Below, piece by piece: positions 44,365 to 48,384 of a DNA stretch of 48,384 bases; the stretch's first letter is position 1; each line of letters begins with the position of its first letter. Origin of the DNA: Verrucomicrobiota bacterium (GTDB lineage: Bacteria > Verrucomicrobiota > Lentisphaeria > Lentisphaerales > Lentisphaeraceae); contig JBDKFG010000033.1 in assembly GCA_039798785.1 (NCBI GenBank), forward strand, positions 1 through 48,384. Reading direction: 5' to 3'. A program made the position numbers and the translations under genes. Under the pieces are notes generated by a model. It was not told the DNA's origin. It did not search any database and was given only the letters and a program-made list of their open reading frames with translations.

Positions 44365-45888
44365 ATGCTCAAGTCATCCGCAAGACTTTTACTTTCCGTT
44401 TCAATGACTCTCGGTTTTGGGGCGATGGCATCTGCCTGTTCCAAGTCAGTCGCTGCTGTCCAAGCACAGGAAAAAGATGTCACTGGTTGGTGGGTGATCG
44501 ATTCGGAGGCGATGGCGAAATCGGCAAGTACAAAGGCTGCGCCCGGCGACATTTCTCAGATCGTTCTGAAAAAAGTTTCGGCTGATTTTTTATTGGTTAT
44601 CAAGCCGGGTGGCTATGAAGATCCGGATAACCATCGTGAATACAGCTGGAGTTTTGTGGGGGCGGAAGGTCGGACATTGAAGTTTGCAGATGCCGGAGGC
44701 AAGGGTGGCAAAGGCGAGATTAAAATTGATTTGGATGAGAGTGGTGACCGCATGGTTTTCACGAATCGCAAGTCCTGGTCGTTGGTTCGCTTGACGCCGC
44801 AACAGGTCAAGGAGTGGGAGCCTAAGCGCCAGAAAATGATTGACGAAGCAGCGGCTCGCCGCAAGGCTCGGACTCCGCCCGTGCCGCCCGTGCCAAACGG
44901 CCCGTGGGAAGTCTCTGGTTCTCATGCTGTGACCCTGAAAAAAGGATCGGTCAATGCCGATCTGGTAGATTTGTGTAAAAGCAACTCTTCGTGGATTGAA
45001 ACCCTCGAATTCCCGTATTCTCGCGGCATAGAGATCGATTCATTGGAGCCACTCTCCAGTCTGAGCAAGTTAAAAAAATTGCAAATTAGGAACATTAGCA
45101 ACTTCCGGGAGACTACAATTATTCCAGAGCCAGGAGTCAAAAGATTGGATTTGTCGCCGTTAACGAAATGTTTAGAGTTGGAGGAGCTTACGATTGATGG
45201 AGTCTATGTCGTCGGCATCTCTCAATTGAATGCTCTCCCGAAACTAAAAATCTTGAAGCTGCCTAATGTTACTGAAAACTTGGACTTGAATCCCGAATCC
45301 GTTCTTGAGGTATTGGAGGCTCAAGGTTTGAGACCTGCTGATCTGGCTGTTATTGGAAAAATAAAAACCATGAAAAGCATGCGTCTGTCTCATCCGAAAG
45401 TAGGAAATGAAGATCTTAAGCTTTTGGGGGGGTTGATTAATATCGAGTCCCTCGACTTCTTTCAAACGCCCGGGAATCTCTCCAGCCTTGATTTTTTATC
45501 AAACGCAGAGAAGCTGTCAAGATTGGAATATTCTCAGGGCGCGCTCGCCAAGGACGAGAAAGGCTTGCAAGACATCGGTGCATTGGCTAGCTGCGAAAAT
45601 TTGACCTATGTCAAAATTAAAGCGCCAATTACAAGCATCTCCCCGTTGTCTGGGAAGTCCAAACTTAAGTCGCTGTCTTTGTGGGGAACCCAGGTTGCCG
45701 ACATTTCACCCTTGGCGACATGCCCCTCACTGGAATATCTGGATCTTAGAAATAGTAAAGTTTCGGATATCAAGGCGATTATGAGTCTGGAAAACCTCAA
45801 GGATCTTTCCTTGCCTGTAGCTGTCCCTGTGACTCAAATTGACGAGTTCAAGAAATCGCATCCAAAGTGCGCAGTGTCAATTCAGTGA
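44365..45888 (+). CDS. Leucine-rich-repeat (internalin-like) lipoprotein
   Basis: Lipobox ASAC; repeats LSSLSKLKKL, ISPLSGKSKLKSLSLWGTQVADISPLATCPSLEYLDLRNSKVSDI; AT-rich codon usage. Confidence 0.85.
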   Translation: MLKSSARLLLSVSMTLGFGAMASACSKSVAAVQAQEKDVTGWWVIDSEAMAKSASTKAAPGDISQIVLKKVSADFLLVIKPGGYEDPDNHREYSWSFVGAEGRTLKFADAGGKGGKGEIKIDLDESGDRMVFTNRKSWSLVRLTPQQVKEWEPKRQKMIDEAAARRKARTPPVPPVPNGPWEVSGSHAVTLKKGSVNADLVDLCKSNSSWIETLEFPYSRGIEIDSLEPLSSLSKLKKLQIRNISNFRETTIIPEPGVKRLDLSPLTKCLELEELTIDGVYVVGISQLNALPKLKILKLPNVTENLDLNPESVLEVLEAQGLRPADLAVIGKIKTMKSMRLSHPKVGNEDLKLLGGLINIESLDFFQTPGNLSSLDFLSNAEKLSRLEYSQGALAKDEKGLQDIGALASCENLTYVKIKAPITSISPLSGKSKLKSLSLWGTQVADISPLATCPSLEYLDLRNSKVSDIKAIMSLENLKDLSLPVAVPVTQIDEFKKSHPKCAVSIQ

Positions 45889-45913
45889 TCTGACCAGAAA
45901 CATCGATAGAATC

Positions 45914-45949
45914 AAAACCGCCGCCCCGGTTTCCCGGAGCGGCGGTTTT
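45914..45949. terminator. Bidirectional intrinsic terminator
   Basis: AAAACCGCCGC...GCGGCGGTTTT between the convergent LRR gene and asd. Confidence 0.8.
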
Positions 45950-45972
45950 GCGATCTTCGCTCTTCGCGACGC

Positions 45973-46977
<1,005 letters not shown>

Positions 46978-47093
46978 GTTCGGATTTCCTTGATTTTCTG
47001 ACTGGGATCTTTGGCCGTATAAGTTAAGCCCTCCACAGCGGGAGGGCTTGTCGATCAAGAAGCTATGACGCAGGTGATGACGCTGAAGAGAGG

Positions 47094-47160
47094 AGGTTGA
47101 AAGGTTGAAAGGCAATAAGCTGCGCTCAACTTTAAACTTTAAACTTTGAACTTTGAACTC
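47094..47160. repeat. Adjacent 8-mer (AGGTTGAA)x2 and 7-mer (AACTTTR)x4 arrays
   Basis: Read directly in the fabI-asd intergenic region. Confidence 0.8.
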
Positions 47161-47168
47161 CCTTGCGC

Positions 47169-47966
47169 TCAATCCAGCTTGTAGGCTTCCATCGGACCGA
47201 CGCCGACCTGAGCGAAGCCGCAGTCGACGTAGATCGTCTGAGCGGTGATGCCGCGCGACAGGTTCGAGCACAGGAACATCACGGCATCGCCGATCTCTTC
47301 CTGGGTGTTGATGCGGCGCAGGGGCGACACCTTTTCCTGGATGGTGAGCATCTTGGTGAAGCCGGCGATGCCGCGGGCGGCAAGGGTGTTGACCGGGCCG
47401 GCGGAGACGGCGTTGACCCGGATGCCTTTCGGGCCGAGGTCGACGGCGAGGTAGCGGACGGAGGCTTCGAGGGCCGCTTTGGCGACGCCCATCATGTTGT
47501 AGTTGTTGCAGATCCGCTCAGCGCCGAGGTAGGTGAGGCAGACGATGCCTGCGTCGGCGGCGAGGTAGGGTTCGGCGGCCTTGGAGATGGCGACGAGCGA
47601 ATAGGCCGAGATGTCGTTGGCCATACCGAAACCTTCGCGAGAGGTGTCGATGAAGCGACCTTCGAGGTCGGCCTTGTTGGCGAAGGCGAGACAGTGGACG
47701 ACGAAGTCGATCTTGCCGAACTTCTCGCCGACGGCCTTGAAGGTGCTGTCGATGGTTTCTTGGCGGGAGACGTCGCACTCGTACAGGTCGATGCCGGTGA
47801 CGTTCTGTTCGGCGAGGAGCTTGTCGACCGAGCCCTTCATCCGCTCGTTCATGTAGGTGAGGGCGACTTCGGCGCCTTGTTCCTGCAGCGACTTGAAAAT
47901 GCCCCAGGCGATGGAGCGGTGGTTGGCGACGCCGAGGAGGATGCCTTTTTTGCCTTTCAGGATCAT
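47169..47966 (-). CDS. fabI: Enoyl-ACP reductase FabI
   Basis: GVANHRSIAWGI, DISAYSL, YNMMGVAKAALEA, NAVSAGPVNTLAA. Confidence 0.96.
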   Translation of the reverse strand: MILKGKKGILLGVANHRSIAWGIFKSLQEQGAEVALTYMNERMKGSVDKLLAEQNVTGIDLYECDVSRQETIDSTFKAVGEKFGKIDFVVHCLAFANKADLEGRFIDTSREGFGMANDISAYSLVAISKAAEPYLAADAGIVCLTYLGAERICNNYNMMGVAKAALEASVRYLAVDLGPKGIRVNAVSAGPVNTLAARGIAGFTKMLTIQEKVSPLRRINTQEEIGDAVMFLCSNLSRGITAQTIYVDCGFAQVGVGPMEAYKLD

Positions 47967-48200
47967 GGTCTGGACTCCGTTTTGTGTGAATGGAACTGAA
48001 CGGCGCGGAACTTAGCACACTTGCGCCGGAATGAAAATCCGGGGTCGAGACTTTGCCGCGGCTGCCCCTCCGGGGCAATGGCTTCGCCTGCAGACGGAAC
48101 CGGCTGGCAGCCGGCGCTCCCAGGAGTTTTCGTCAAGCCGCGCTGCGGCAGGCAGGCCAAATGAGCGGGTTGTGGTCTGGGTTCATCGCCCGAAGGGCGA

Positions 48201-48384
48201 AGCTTGCGCCCCAGCGGGGCGGCCGGCAGATAGCCCAGGGTGTAGCGCCGCAGGCGCAAACCCTGGGGAGAATGCCCAGAGTTGCCGAGCCCCGGAGGGG
48301 CGTCCAGAAAGGGCTGCGGTCCGAGCGGCATTCTGAACGCCCCTCCGGGGCTGAATTTCGGGGGACCCGAACCCAGGGTTTGCC
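48201..48384. repeat. REP-like doublet of the same family as 8097-8341 (truncated by the window end)
   Basis: GCCCCAGCGGGGC-GGCCGGCAG-ATAGCC-CAGGGT...ACCCTGGG, internal GCCCC/GTCCAGAA arms. Confidence 0.85.

Noticed and set aside
47026..47049. Hairpin upstream of asd as a lysine riboswitch or attenuator
   Set aside because: A single 9-bp stem in a short region mostly filled by micro-repeats; no riboswitch consensus; at most a fabI terminator

Overview
High-GC bacterial chromosomal window. The gene content (MoxR/vWA/prenyltransferase operon, PQQ-propeller proteins, ECF-kinase pair, a GluRS with KPYSKR) suggests the PVC superphylum, possibly Lentisphaerota; this is an inference. In order it holds: an MFS transporter; a six-gene MoxR-DUF58-BatA/vWA-vWA-coiled-coil-prenyltransferase operon; a CheY-CheC fusion; HAD, TrmH, PrsW and DEAD-box helicase genes; gltX; an AAA/PD-(D/E)XK gene; aspS; an ECF sigma / Ser-Thr kinase / HtrA-like module; a permease, a NeuA-like enzyme and a Nudix hydrolase; an isolated sigma54-type fliOPQR block; AEC, YbaN and dienelactone hydrolase genes; a GAF-type sigma54 activator with a divergent redox operon; EF-hand and PQQ-propeller proteins; an AT-rich LRR lipoprotein; asd and fabI. 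The most striking observation is the kinase ORF. It runs in frame into a signal-peptide-bearing LptA/OstA-domain protein and contains an internal copy of the ECF gene's own upstream motif (TGTAAATCC-N17-GTYTGG), followed by an RBS and an in-frame ATG. This suggests an LPS-linked envelope-stress module making two products from one ORF, although a one-base homopolymer error could also explain the fusion. Intergenic regions carry several REP-like elements whose sequences differ but whose hairpin-NTAGCC-hairpin layout is conserved, plus 7/8/9-mer tandem arrays, one of which lies inside a signal peptide. No rRNA, tRNA, CRISPR array or transposase was seen.
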